A stretch of DNA of 64,000 nt from the human T2T-CHM13v2.0 reference genome, Homo sapiens. The number at the start of each line of letters is the position of its first letter. The first letter of the stretch is position 1. Positions 35,074 to 51,174 of this stretch are shown piece by piece. Made by a program: the position numbers and the translations under genes. The stretch is taken from NCBI RefSeq assembly GCF_009914755.1, contig NC_060945.1; one strand, given 5' to 3'. The notes below the pieces were generated by a model. That model was given only the letters and a program-made list of their open reading frames with translations, did not search any database and had not been told where the DNA came from.

Positions 35074-35345
35074 GGCCGGGTGCAGTAGCTCACGCCTGCA
35101 ATTGCAGCAATTTGGGAGGCTGAGGCAGGAGGAATGCTTGAGTCTAGGAGTTTGAGAACAGCCTGGGCAACATAGAGACCTTATCTCTACAAGAATTTTT
35201 GCAACCTTGGCCAGGCATAGTGGTGCACACCCACAGTCCCAGCTACTTGGGAGGCTGACGGAGGAGGATGGCTTGAACCCAGGAGTTCAAGGCTGCAACG
35301 AGCTATGATTACACCACTGCACTCCAGTGTTGGTGACAGACAAGG
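35074..35345 (+). mobile_element. AluJ
   Basis: CAGGAGTTCAAGGCTGCA, J diagnostic. Confidence 0.9.
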
Positions 35346-35534
35346 TTGGGGGGGAGGGGGGGAGGAGGAGGAGGAGAGGGAGGGGAGGGGGAGGGAAGAA
35401 GAAGAACAAGAGAAGAACAAGAAGCAGGAGGAGAAGAAAGAAAGAGAAAGAAAGTGAGAAGGAGATGAAAGAAAGAGAGAGAGGGAGGGAGACAGGGAGG
35501 GAAGGAAGGGAGGGAGGGAGGGAGGGAGGGAAAA
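35346..35534. repeat. GA-rich low-complexity purine tract
   Basis: Directly visible; occupies the position of the Alu tail. Confidence 0.9.
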
Positions 35535-36479
35535 TTGTGCTAAGGGAAAAGTGCAGACCCCCCCCCCCTTGGCAGATGGGAGGGGCCACCCTGGGTCTCT
35601 TGGACCCATCATACCTCTACAACCATGACCTTAGGAAGCCATCCTCAGGAAGCCACGCTCACAGCACACCTGTAAGGGATCCGGTCCTGAAGAAAAACAC
35701 TCCCTGGAGTCTGAGACAGCATGTCAGCTCCTCATCCATCTCAGGGCAGAAAGTGCCCAGAGGGAGAGCCCTGGAGGGGAAGGTCAAATCCCCCTCCCCT
35801 CCCCATCCCACTTCATCTGGCTGTTCATGCCCATGCTCAAAGCACTTGAAGAAACTTCCAGAAAAACAAGGTTTCCGGATCATTACAATTGTCTTTCAGC
35901 AGTTTTATTAACTGGCAGGAGTAAGAGGAAAAAGAAGACTTTTTTATCCAGCCCTTCATATGAAAGTTTGTTCTAGGAAAAAAAAGGAAAAGAATTCTAG
36001 CGTTCACTGAAAAGTGTGCCTTTCCAATTTTTTTCCCAAAAAAACTTGTACATGTGTTACTGTTAATTCTGTTTGGAGTCTCCTTCCACCATAAAAACCT
36101 ACTGTATGCAGAGGTGCCCATTATCTAATAAATCTTTTTTGTTATTATTCTTGTTAACTCAGAGAGGCAAATTCTTCTATTCCTGCCCTGTGATCATGAC
36201 TTGGGGTCACTGTGAGGCCCTCTCTAATTCTACTTTATGTAAAATAATTAAGTGGCTTTATAAAAAAATTCTTACAGATATCCTCAAGTTTAAAGAAGAA
36301 TCTCTAAAGTTTAAGATACCACACCCAAAAATGCAGAGATTCAAAATACCCAAATGTCACCATTGATTAAAACACGAAATAAAATGATTTTTTTTAGACT
36401 GCCAGCAGGACTGGACCTAGCCTTTACATAATAATAATAATAAATGCCTAGTTGCCTTCCCAAGAGCACCCCTTGGATG

Positions 36480-37356
36480 CCTCCCTCCCTGTCAACAGAA
36501 CACTGATCATCCAAGTTCATTCTCAGGCCAGGACAGACTCAGGGAACCGCCGCTGCCCAGCCCCAGCCTGAAATAAGCCAGATATAAACCAATGAGAGCC
36601 TCCCATTACTCCTTGCCTGTGATTGGGTTAGGGCTGGCCATGTGACTCAGCTGCCACCAATGGAACAAGACAGGAAGTAGACTGGGGAGTTCCAGGAAGG
36701 ATTCTTTGCAGATGAAAAGAGGCCAACTGGTAGAAATGCCTGCCTCTTCATTCAAGTGTTGTTGCAATTACTGGCAGTGCTGCAACTCCAGCTGCCACCC
36801 CTGCTATTGTGTAGAAATAAGCCCAAGGATTGGCCGAGCGTGGTGGCTCACGCCTGTAATCCCAGCACTTTGGGAGGCCAAGGTGGGCGGATCGCGAGGT
36901 CTGGAGATCCAGACCAGCCTGGCCAACATGGTGAAACCCCGTCTCTACTAAAAATACAAAAATTAGCCGGGCGTGGTGGTGCGTGCCTGTAATCCCAACT
37001 ACTCCAGAGGCGGAGGCTGAGGCAGGAGAATCGCTTGACCTAGGGAGTCGGAGGTTGCCGTGAGCCGGGATTGCGCCACTGCGCTCCAACCTGGCTACAC
37101 AGTGAAATTCCGTCGAAAGAAAGAAAGAACGAAAGAAAGGAAGGGAAGGAAGGGAAGGAAGGAAGGAGCCCAAGGATCAAGCAAAGAACCTGAGGACAGT
37201 GGAGTAGAAAAGTGGAAAGAACTCATGATTCTGATGCCATCACTGCATTAATGAACTAACCTTGGAACCACCATGTGAGATACTAAACCCCATATTGTTT
37301 AAGGTATGTTTGGTTGGGTGTTTTGTTTCTAGCAGCCAAAACCATCCTAACTGATA
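36480..37356 (+). mobile_element. Old MaLR LTR (MLT1I/J/K-like) interrupted by an Alu (36832-37165, plus)
   Basis: GATTGGG...GGCCATGTGAC...CCAATGG; 3' end GCAGCCAAAACCATCCTAACTGATA; Alu TSD AGCCCAAGGAT. Confidence 0.65.
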
Positions 37357-38117
37357 GAACCCTATACCAAGGCTCATTACTAAGAGTCTGGAATCTTACA
37401 AACATATTAAAGCCAAAAGACAATGTGTCAGATTGTCTGGAGCTGATCCCCAGCAAGGCACAGAGAAGAACGGAGAGGACAGGCGACCAGGACCTTCACG
37501 ATGACTTCCTGTCGGTCACCAACCTGTTTTCCAACCCTCCTTTCTTCACACTCTGTCTGTAACTCATCCTAACAGAAGGCTGACCAACTGATATCTTTTA
37601 TGACATATTCAAGAGGTAGAAAATTGATGCTTTGTGGCCATCTGAGAAGGAGCAGTGAAAGCCAGGATTCAAAAGCTCTCTTTGCTTTCGCAATTTATAG
37701 ACTACCCACTGCTAAATGTCATCCCCAAGTTTAGACATTAAATAAAACTGATTGATGAATCTACGAGACTTTGGAGAAGAAAATCTTCCAAAGCAATTTT
37801 TTCAAGGATGGAGGTTGGTGGGGGAGACAGTGCTAGATAAATCAGTACATAAATCATCTTGTTAAAGATAAGAATTTCACGTAGGACTCTCCATGCTTAG
37901 GAAACAGACATAAACAAAAGATAACACCATCTGACTGGATAGAAAATTTCTCTACTATGTGCCTGCAAGGTTATTCTTCAAGAACTAACTTCCTGAGACT
38001 ACATAAGCATTAAAAATAATTACTTATATATGTGTGTATATATATATGTGATGTGTGTATATATGTATGTATATGTATATGCATACGTATGTGTATATGA
38101 ACACACAGAGAGAGAGA

Positions 38118-38761
38118 AAGAGAGGAAAATGAATCTCAAGACCCCAAAATCGTTAAGCCAAGGGAGAAGTCAAGCTGGGAACTACATCAGGTAAACCTGC
38201 CTCCTATTTTATTACTAAATAAGACAGCTAAAAAGATTTTAAAAAGCTACATACCTCCCTCACAATTTGGAATTTCCTGGTGGGCCTCAAGATCTTTACC
38301 CGAAAACAGTTCTGAACTGAAAGCTGATCTTCACAGGTGCAGGAATGAAAGTCATCCCTCTGCTCACCTGAGACGAAGGCATATCTGATTGCTTCCTCCA
38401 CCACACTGTTTATGTAAGAATGCAGATTCACTGAACCAGACTGAATTGTGTAAATTTACACAAAGAACAGAAAACTTTAAAGACTGATCAAGGACTCAAA
38501 AGAATGCAACCTTTTGTCTCTTATCTACCTATGACCTGGAAGCCCCTCGCTTAGAGTTCTCCCACCTTACCAGACCAAACCAATGTACATCTTACACATA
38601 TTGATTGCTGTCTCATTTCTCCCTAAAATGTATAAAAGCAACCTGTGCCCCGACCACCTTGGGCACAGGTCATCAGGACCTCCTGAGGCTGTGTCATGGG
38701 CACACTGTTAATCTTGGCAAAATAAACTTTCTAAATTGATTGAGACCTGAGATATTTTGGG

Positions 38762-38766
<5 letters not shown>
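38118..38766 (+). mobile_element. MER4A-like solo LTR (ERV1)
   Basis: GACCCCAAAATC...AAGTCAAGCTGGGAAC...GACCACCTTGGGCAC...AAAATAAACTTTCTAAATTGATTGAGACCTG. Confidence 0.85.

Positions 38767-38811
<45 letters not shown>
38765..38811. repeat. (CA)n microsatellite, ~23 units
   Basis: Directly visible. Confidence 0.97.
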
Positions 38812-38814
<3 letters not shown>

Positions 38815-39049
38815 AAGTGAAAAAAATCCATCTATCATATATATACTGATTCCAAAAGAAGGTACATACGTGCTCAGTGAAAAGACCAGAAAGAATCTGG
38901 AGGAATAAATAATTTTTTAAGGTGTGTTTTAATGAAGTTGCCTTTTTAATGAAGTTAATAGTTATGTATTTTTTTTTTAAATGAAGTCGTTTAAGTTGAT
39001 GATGAGTATCTGTATGTTCTCAGATATCTCCAGTGCTTGGAACTGTCTG

Positions 39050-39860
39050 TTCATCAAAACCACTCACTGACCTTCTTACCTTTATTAAGCTCAATCCTGC
39101 GTAATCTGAGGGCCAACTACATTCCAGGTACCATGCAGGCTCTGCAAAGGATTCAGTTATATTTCAGATACAGCCCTAGTGGCCTTGAACTCTTTCTGGA
39201 AGGTGAGAAATGAGGGAAAGCATGAAGGAAGATGAATTTTACCTTCTAAGAATGCATAATCTAATTAGGAGCAGGGAGGAGTAAGTGAAGGGTAAATACA
39301 GACACATATAACCTAAGACACACAATCAATCAATGATAAAAAGATATAAAATGATAGCTTTAAATGAGGAAGAGATCGCATTGAGAATTTCAGGAAAGGT
39401 GTCATGAGAGAGGTGGCATCGGAAATGGAAACCAAAGGATGGAAATTAGGTAGACTGGCATTTTCAGAGGGTAGCAACAGCTTAAGCAAAGACAAAAAAA
39501 CAGAAAACTTTAACAAGAATTCTGGGAACAATGTAGAGTATCAAGATAAGCTGGAGTGCAGGGTATGTATAGGCAAGTCATGGGTTTAGAAGAAAAGCAG
39601 ATGGCAAGACCTGCAGGACCAGATGCCAGGCTGCCTTGGTTTGAGAGGCAACGAAGGGTTAGAAGAATAGCCTGGCTTGGCAGTGACACGTCGGAGCTGT
39701 GCTTTAGAAATAAATGGATCCAGCAGCAGCAGGTGACCTGGTCTGGAGCTGGAGAAGGGACCAGCTGGTGGCGTCTGCACTCACTCAGGGCAGAAGTAGG
39801 GAATGTATAACCACAGCTGGCAGCACAGTGGGTAGAGCGTAGACAGCTCCACAGATATTT
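39050..39860 (-). mobile_element. Degenerate L2
   Basis: GGCATTTTCAGAGGGTAGCAACAGCTTAAGCAAAGAC and CAGATGCCAGGCTGCCTTG are antisense L2-like. Confidence 0.5.
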
Positions 39861-39865
39861 GTTAA

Positions 39866-40204
<339 letters not shown>

Positions 40205-40549
40205 TAATAATTTATTTCTGTACCCTCTACAGGCTCTGAACACACATAAGGCACTAACTAATGATGCCAGCTCCTCTTGCCCCCTTCTTCTTCCACAAGT
40301 GATCCAATCCAAAAAGCACACAGATGAAGCACCAAGATCAAGACAAACCCTCCCTTTTCCTATTTCCAATGAAGAATCCTCTTTCTCCCAAAGCAAACAT
40401 GAGGAAAGCACAGAAGCTGAACAAACACTCCAGGAAAGGGCTATGGGTCCAAGAAAGAATACCTTATCAGCTTGATATGAAAAAGTAAGATGCTTTCCAC
40501 CTCTCTGCTCCTATGCAGGAAAAGTCAGCGTAGAAGACTGCTAAAAATC

Positions 40550-40836
40550 AGCCAGGCACAGTGGCTTACGCCTGTAATCCCAGCACTTTGGGAGGCCGAG
40601 GCAGGTGGATCACACGGTCAAGAGATGGAGACCATCCTGGCCAACACGGTGAAAACCTGTCTCTACTAAAAATACAAGAATTAGCCGGGTGTGGTGGCAC
40701 ATGCCTGTAGTCCCAGCTACTCAGGAGGCTGAGGCAGGAGAACTGCTTGAACCTCGGAGGCAGAGATTGCAATAAGCCGAGATCGCACCACTGAACTCCA
40801 GCCTGGCGACAGAGTGAGACTCTGTCTCAAAAAAAA
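40550..40836 (+). mobile_element. Alu (AluSc-like)
   Basis: GGTCAAGAGATGGAGACCATCCTGGCC; TSD CTAAAAAT. Confidence 0.92.
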
Positions 40837-41183
40837 GGAGTCCTAAAAATTAACAGAAATGTATACCCACCTAACTAGCACAAAGCAACACCTGCAGAAA
40901 AGTGCAATAGAATTAGAGGTTCTCTGAGAACGTGCAAGGATGTCCTCATTCTTCAGGCCACCACACTGAAGTACTTAGGCAGCAAAGGGACGTCATGTTG
41001 CCAAAATACTCTAAAATAGGTCAGGGAAAAAACAGTGTGTGTATAAGTGTGCATATATAAATGTGTAGGAGGATAAATGTGTTAGGCGTAAAAGTGTGTG
41101 GATACATATTTAGATAAATATAGAGAGAATTATAAAGCAAATGGGATGAAATGCAAACAACTGGTGAATTTTGGTAACGTGTA

Positions 41184-41593
41184 TGTCTTAATCAGCTTGT
41201 GCAGCTGCAACAAAATACCTGAGACTAGGTAATTTATAAAGAAGAGAAATTTATTTTCTCACAGTTCCGGAGGCTGGGAAGTCCAAGATCAAGGCACCGG
41301 CAGATTCAGTTGTCTGGGGAGAACTGCTTTCTGCCTCCAAGATGGTACCTTTTGATGTGGCATCCTCCAGAGAGGAGCAGCGCTGTGTTCTCACCTGGCA
41401 GAAGGTGGAATGGCAAGAGAGCCAAATGCCGCGTAAAGTCTCCTTTATAAGGGCCTTAATGCCATTCACGACAGAGGAGCCTCCACGGCAGAGGAGCCTC
41501 CACAGCCTAATCGCCTCTTAAAGGCCCCACCTCCCAACACCATCATACTAGAAACACCTGAATTTTGGAGGGGCCACATTCGAACCACAGCAA
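41184..41593 (-). mobile_element. MaLR solo LTR (MSTC/MSTD-like)
   Basis: AAATACCTGAGACTAGGTAATTTATAAAG...GGGAAGTCCAAGATCAAGGCACC...CACATTCGAACCACAGCA. Confidence 0.85.
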
Positions 41594-41595
41594 TA

Positions 41596-43265
41596 CATTC
41601 ATGCACTGCACGATGACATTTCAGTCAGTGACAGTGGTCTGAACCATATACGACAGTGCTCTTATTACAATGGAGGCCAGGCGCAGTGGCTCACGCCTGT
41701 AATCCCGGCACTTTGGGAGGCCAAGGCGGGGCGGGGGGATCACCTGAGGTCAGGAGTTCAAGACTAGCTTGGCCATAGTGAAACCCCGTCTCTACTAAAA
41801 ATACAAAATTTAGCCAGGTGCAGGGGCAGGCGCCTATAATCCCAGCTACTCAGGAGGCTGAGGTAGGAGAATCACTTGAACCCAGGGGTTGGAGGTTGCA
41901 GTGAGCCGAGATCGCTCCACTGCACTCCAGCCTGAGTGACAGAGTGAGGGTCTCAAAAAAAAAAAAGATTACAATGGAGCTCTCACTGCCCCTGAAGAGT
42001 TTCCCAAAAGACAAGGACAAGACGTGGAGGTGGACAACAGTGATACTGCTGGCCTGCTCCTGTGTAGGCCTAGGCCAATGAGTATGTCCGTATCTTGGTT
42101 TTTAACTAAAAGTTTAAAAAGTTAAAAAAATAAAATAAAATGTTTAAAAGTAGAAAAAAGTGTACAGAAAAAGGATGTAAAGAAGGAGAATACTGGCCAA
42201 GCACGGTGGCTCACGCCTGTAATCCCAACACATTGGGAGGCTGAGGCAGGTGGATTACTTGAGATCAGGTGGTCGAGACCAACCTGACCAACATGGTGAA
42301 ACCCCATCTCTACCAAAAATACAAAAATTAGCTGAGTGTGATGGCATGCACCAGTAGTCCCAGTTACTTGGGACTGAATCCAGGAGACGAAGTTTGCAGT
42401 GAGCCAAGATTGCATCACTGCACTCCAGCCTGGGCAACTCTGTCTCAAAAAAAAAAAAAAAAAAAAAAAATGGAAACTATCTTTTGTACAGCTGTGCATT
42501 GAGCTTATGTTTTAAACAGGTTACAACAGAGTCAAGTTTTTAAAAAATTAAAGTCTGTGAAGTTAAAAAGCTACAGTAAGCTACTGTTATTATTAAAGAA
42601 AAAAAAATTTTTATACATTTAGTGTAGCCTAAGTGTCCAATATTTATAGTCTATTTTAGTGTCCAGAATGTCCTAGGCCTTTACATTCACTCACCACTCA
42701 CTCACTGACCCACTCACCGCAACTTCCAGTCCTGCAAGCTCCACTCATGGCAAGCACCCTATACGGGTGTAGCACTTTTTCTCTTTCATTCTGTATTTTT
42801 GCTGTATCTTTCCTTTGTTTAGATGCACAATTTTTCCATGGACTGGGGTGGGGGGTCGGGGAGGATGGTTTCAGAATGAAGCTGCTCCACCTCAGATCAT
42901 CAAGCATTAGTTAGATTCTCATAAGGAGCACGCAACCTACATCCCTCGCATGAGCAGTTCACAATAAGAGTTCGCACTCCTATGAGAATCTAATACCACC
43001 ACTGATCTGACAAAAGGTAGAGTTCAGGCCGTAATGCTCACCCACCTGCCACTCACCTCCAGCTGTGCGGCCCTGTTCCTAACAGGCCATTGACCGGTAT
43101 CGGTCAGGGGTTGGGGATCCCCTAGGCTATCATCCAGCGTAGGTGTGTTGTAGGGTATACCATCTAGGTTTAGGAAAATACACCCTATGTTGTCTGTACC
43201 ATGATGCAATTGCCTAACAACACATTTCTCAGAACATATCCCAAGCGTTAAGCAACGCATAACTG
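41596..43265 (+). mobile_element. Tigger3b (TcMar-Tigger) carrying two Alus (41675-41965, 42195-42470) and a MER1B
   Basis: CATTCATGCACTGCACGATGACATTTCAGTC start; CCTAGGCCTTTACATTCACTCACCACTCACTCACTG; CGTTAAGCAACGCATAACTG end. Confidence 0.8.
42830..43123 (+). mobile_element. MER1B (hAT-Charlie), 5' part missing
   Basis: CCACCTCAGATCATCAAGCATTAGTTAGATTCTCATAAGGAGC...GGGGTTGGGGATCCCCT. Confidence 0.9.
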
Positions 43266-44505
43266 TGTATGAGAGTTTTTTACATTATTCTTGCTACTTT
43301 TCTGTAAGTCTGAAATTGAAATAATATCAAAACAAATAGTTATAAGAGTAAGGAAGCGTTATACTGATATGATCTTTAAAAATATGCAAAATAAAAAAAT
43401 GCAAAATGAGATGTATGGAATATCACCATTCATTTCAGAAGTGGAGAGGAAAAGGTACTGATATGTATTTATTTGGATGTTATATCCGTAATGGCAGATA
43501 AGAAACTGGTACCATTACTACCTCTTTGTAGAAGGGAACAGGGTAGTTGGAGATGGAGTGGAATGGAGATTTTTCACTATTTACTTTTATATATTTTGAA
43601 TTTTGAACCTTGTGAACATATTGTGTATTCAAAATATAAATAAAGGAAATAAAATTACTTTGAAAATATGTTCAAGGAAAATAATAAAATAATAGCGCGA
43701 GCAGACAGTTTGGAGTGGCTTAGGCCAGAGACACATAAGAAATCAGCTAAAAGCCACCTGGCAGGGTGCTGCCCAGATGTCACCTCATGAGCCACTGTGC
43801 TTGGAGAGTTGCCTGTTTAGAAAGGGCGCATTCCAGACAAGTAAAGCTGGGGGCTTGGAAAAACATGTTCTATCAAGTTTCAGCCTAAATTGGACAGAAC
43901 TTTCACATAAAATAAATTATGTGATTGACTTACAAGCCACAATTCCCCATAGCCCTGTTCCCCCAAGCTGATATTGCTGGTTCTGTGACTGAATCATGTG
44001 ACACACTGCACATCTGTCCTCCATGTGACTGTCACAACCTGCTAAAGCCCTCAGGAGGATATCCCATTCCTTGGAAGGACAAACCCGAATGTAAACAGCA
44101 TCCAACCCTCTTCAGTGGCAGCCTCCCTCCCTTGGAGATAACAGCCAACAAGCCATTTGGTGGTGTGTCACTGAAGGAAAGAGATTCTTGGATCTACGCA
44201 AGAGCTTTCCAAGATGATCACAGATTATTCCAGCAGCAAGCAATTCTGAATGGACAAATGAACTTTCTCACCAGCCTAGACTCACCACGTTAAACTTCAT
44301 GGGACTTGAGCAAGCTCTCAGACAACCATAGAGAGGTAAGAAGGTACTACTGTCTGCAGAAGCCAGACTGAGAAGATGGTGAGCTCATCTGGCTTTCCAA
44401 TTGTCAGAACACCAGGCAAGGGACCCCGCAGCACCCCCACTCTCCCTTAAGGAAACCCACAGTTGCTCTCCCAGCCAAGATCCCGGCTCCATGACCCAGT
44501 CTCTA

Positions 44506-45046
<541 letters not shown>

Positions 45047-45264
45047 TTAAGATGATGGGATCTATTTATTTGGCAAAGATACCTTGAGCATTGGCTCTGT
45101 CAGTCAGTGAGCAAAGCCTGGAAAGACAGAGCTGAGGAGCTCCTAGTCCAGTGGAGGGAGACAAACACCAATCACAAGGGATGGGGAAGGTCCTCACCCC
45201 ATCTCCCTGGGGTGCTATGAAGGAGACACATTTACACATAAATGACATACTTTAACAAAGATAC

Positions 45265-46400
<1,136 letters not shown>

Positions 46401-46456
46401 CCAACGAGGCTTTTCCCCTTTGTCAGCTGACATCAGGCCAAGCACACAAGTCCTCT

Positions 46457-46910
46457 GTTAGGGGTTTAACCGGGTCTCCCAGAAAGATATGTTGAAGTCC
46501 TTACTTTACATCCCCAGTAGCTTGGAATATGACCTTATCTGGAAACAAGGTCACTGCAGATGTGGTCAAGTTAAGAAGAGGTCACACTGGGGCACAGCAG
46601 TCTTTTAATCCAGTATGTTTAGCATCCTCAGGAGGAGGACAAGGAGAGACAGAGACACACAGGGATGATGGAGGCACAAAATGGAGGGAGGCCTCTACAA
46701 GTCAAGGAACTCCAAAGCTTTCAGAGAAACCACCAGAAACTAGGAAGAGGCATGGAACTGACGGTCCCACGGAGCCGTCAGAATGAACCTACCTGGCCGA
46801 CATCTTGATTTTGGACTTCTGGCCTCCAGAATTGTGAGAGGATTCATTTCTGCTGTTGGAAGCTACCAGTTTGTGCTATGTTATAACGGCAGTCCGAGGA
46901 AACAGCTACA
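46457..46910 (+). mobile_element. MaLR solo LTR (MLT1C-like)
   Basis: AAAGATATGTTGAAGTCC...GACTTCTGGCCTCCAGAATTGTGAGA...GGAAACAGCTACA. Confidence 0.85.
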
Positions 46911-47446
46911 TCCTCCTCCCCTCTACAAAAACCAAATTCTTGACTTGCCTGAGAAAACAGGACACTTTTACAAAGGCAACTAATAAATAACATTTCAGGA
47001 AAGGCTATCTTTGCTAACACGCCCTGGCAGCAGAAAGAGAAATGTGGGTGTTTTGTTGGTTCTTTTTTTTTCCCTCTCTCCTCCTCCCTGCCCCTCTCAT
47101 ATTGGACTCGCCACCATTTGGGGTTAATGATTCCCCCAAGGGATAAAGATACAGCGAAAGAAGGACCTTCAGATGCAGTCCAGAAGGTCAGGACCACACA
47201 TTCCATTACTGCAGAGGCTGGTTCACACCCCACGTACATTGCACCCTCCAGGAGCCCCTTACCAATGCTGCTCAGTTACAACGGTGAAGAACCGGGGTGC
47301 TGGATTTTTTTTGTTTTTAAAAACGGAATGGGCTCTCAGCAAGCCACAGGTCAATCAGGATGGAAAGAAGAGAAGGGGGAGAGAGTCAACGCAAAGCAGA
47401 AAATCACTTTTCTAGGCATCTACACAACTAGGAGGAAAAAAAGTGA

Positions 47447-47984
<538 letters not shown>

Positions 47985-48249
47985 TAATCAGGGTAAGACT
48001 AAGAGCAGGCACTGCCTTGTCCATCCTATTTATTCTCCCCCAGGTTTCACTTAGCTGTTTTGAGAGCTGGGGGAAAGTTCCAGTGTCAAGGAATTCAACT
48101 GGCAGAATTAATGACTCAATAGCTTCAGTTCTAATAAGGTTACCAAACCAGTCCGCCAAGTAACATATCTTAAAGAAAAAAAAAGGTAAAAGGAGAAATA
48201 CCAGAGAGGACATTTTAGGGGCCCACAAACACTGTCAGGAAGGAAGCAA

Positions 48250-48428
48250 TTTTATTATTTGTTTTTTATTTATCTTTTGAGACAGGGTCTCGCTCTGTCG
48301 CCCAGGCAGGAGTGCAGTGAGGTAATCTAGGCTCACGGCAGCCTCGAACTCCTGGGCTCACGCAATTATCCCGGCCTCAGCCTCCCAAGTGGCTGGGATT
48401 ACAGGTGTAAGCCACCGCACCCAGCCTG
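48250..48428 (-). mobile_element. Alu monomer (FRAM/AluJ-like)
   Basis: Single arm with TSD GGAAGCAATTTTA. Confidence 0.85.
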
Positions 48429-49101
48429 GAAGCAATTTTAAGAGAGGGCTGACTTCCATGTCCATTACTACCACAACCACCACCATCACCTACCACTTCC
48501 TACCACCCTCCCCCAAATCTGGGTCAGCACCAAGCATGAGGAAAATGGAACTAAGGACAGGATTTCAGCTAGGAAAAAAAGGAGATCACGAAGCCTAGAT
48601 AATGAGTCAGGTGAGAGGAGTTTCTGCTCCATTCAGGACGCTGCCTTAAGATGTATTATGCCTAGATCATCCGTCTTGAGTTTCCTGGTTCACTCCGGAT
48701 TGCACCCTTTAAAGCATTTCGTAGTTTCCCTTTACAATCAGATCCTAATGATTCAAGGATTGCTAATCCAGGTGGCTGTACTCTCCAATTTTGGTTGCCA
48801 GCCATTTCTCTGCTTAGGAGCATCTCATCAAAGGGAGAGCAAAGGAAGTTTAAAGAAAGCCAATCAGTCAAGCAAGGCACCCTCACATTCCAAGCTCTTA
48901 CTTGAGTTAGGATGATGAAATTGACTTGGCAGGGGCCAAATCAAAAATAGAGGAAAAAAAAGGATGGGCGCAGTGGCTCACGCCTGCTGTGAGAGCCACA
49001 CCCTGGGCTCTGATGTATGTTGCAGTGACATGGCTAAATGTACCAAGGTCAAAATTGTCCATAATCCGCTATTGTGTCTCCCTTAGGAAAATGGTGAAGA
49101 A

Positions 49102-49694
<593 letters not shown>

Positions 49695-51174
49695 TCAGCA
49701 CTCCAAAATACACTTGCTTTTTCTCTGACAAAACCAAGACGGCAGGCTGTAGGGATCCAGCACTGTGCATCCTGCATGAAAACAGTGGCTGACAGTGTCA
49801 GGACCCACAATACCTCTTCATCATCACAGTAAAGTCCGCCCTCAGAAGACTGGAGAGGTTGAAAGACCAGGAGAAACACCACCATTTGAGACATCACTAG
49901 CCTAAAATAAATAGGTTAATTTATGTTTAAAAAAAAAAAGTGAGGACCAGACTATGACCCCTTCCACGTCCAAAATTCTAAGCACGATTTGATAGACTAA
50001 CTATCCTAGGTATTCCAATGGAAGAGTTGGGATCAGCCCATCCACTTTCCCAGAGCAGATCTCTAATGCTTATATGGTATCATTCACAAAGGGATAAAAG
50101 AGTAACTGTCCCTCCTGCCAATCCCTGCCCAACCTTACAGTGAACAAGAGCCTGAATCTTCCAGATGAAGCATGAGCGCTCTCCAAGTTAAGCATGGGCG
50201 TGCAAAGGGCTGGCATGCTGTCTGTCTTGACTTGCTGAGGACTGACAGGTTCCTGCTTGCTGGCATATGTGTTACAAGGCAACCCAGGCCTACAATGAAC
50301 AACAGCCTGAGAGGGGTTGCCTTTGCAGGTAAAAGGGAGATCTGATTTAATCTTCACAGAGATGCAAGGGTGCATCCAGAAGAGGGGGCATGGCCGCTGA
50401 GAAGTGAGGAATCCAACCCTTTGGGGTAATTCATTCCCCGATACTTTTCAAGGATGGGCTGCCACTATGTCAAAAAGAAGGTACAACAAGTTCGCTACCT
50501 GGCAATTTCAGAAGCCACCTTGAGGGCAATGCACCCCTCCTCCAAGTTCAAGAATGCCACTGTAAGAAGCAGAAGCAATATGGGGAGCTGGGATCTAGGT
50601 CGCTCCTCTGTTAGATCTGAAAAGACTAAAACATGAAAACTTCCAAAGCTGGTAAAGCTACTTCCCAGTTAGCTCAACCCAGTGGAACCAAGGGTAGTTC
50701 TCCAGGTCAATGTCTCTGACTGCACCAGGGGCTGATGACTTCTGCAGTGGAGGGGGAAATGCAGAACTCAGTTTGGTTTTTTCTACGTTCAGATCCCAAG
50801 TCATCCCTTTCTTCTTTGGATGTTAAAGTAGTATTCATCGGCCTGCATTTTTTCAGGATCTCATGCTTGCTAATAACCACTGTTACTAAAAAAAAGAAAA
50901 AACTTCTAGAGAAACCTGACCCTTCTCCCAGAAGCTAAGAACTTGACAGCTATGGTCTCCTCCACATAATAGATACTCCTGCCCTGATACTGCAAGACAG
51001 AAATGACCACTTTTAAAGAAATTAGCAAGTACCTTCAACAAATTTGTTATTAGCCTCTGACAGTCCCGCACTGGAGACCTCAGAAACACCAAAAATAAAA
51101 AGATACAATCCCTGTCATAAAGGGACTTAGGACACAGAATGAGTGAGGACCCCATGGGCCTAAAGCAGCATCCC

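Larger units (their letters stand above)
40860..43330 (+). mobile_element. Old L1MC/ME 3' end split by an LTR and Tigger3b
   Basis: CTGGTGAATTTTGGTAACGTGTATG (to ~41185) rejoins AGAGTTTTTTACATTATTCTTGCTACTTTTCTGTAAG (from ~43270). Confidence 0.6.

Noticed and set aside
50700-50905. Strong minus-strand acceptor-like tract (GTTTTTTCTTTTTTTTAG) followed by an open frame of ~58 codons
   Set aside because: No good donor identified and the peptide is unrecognisable; similar unsupported acceptor-like tracts occur at ~35972 and ~47428
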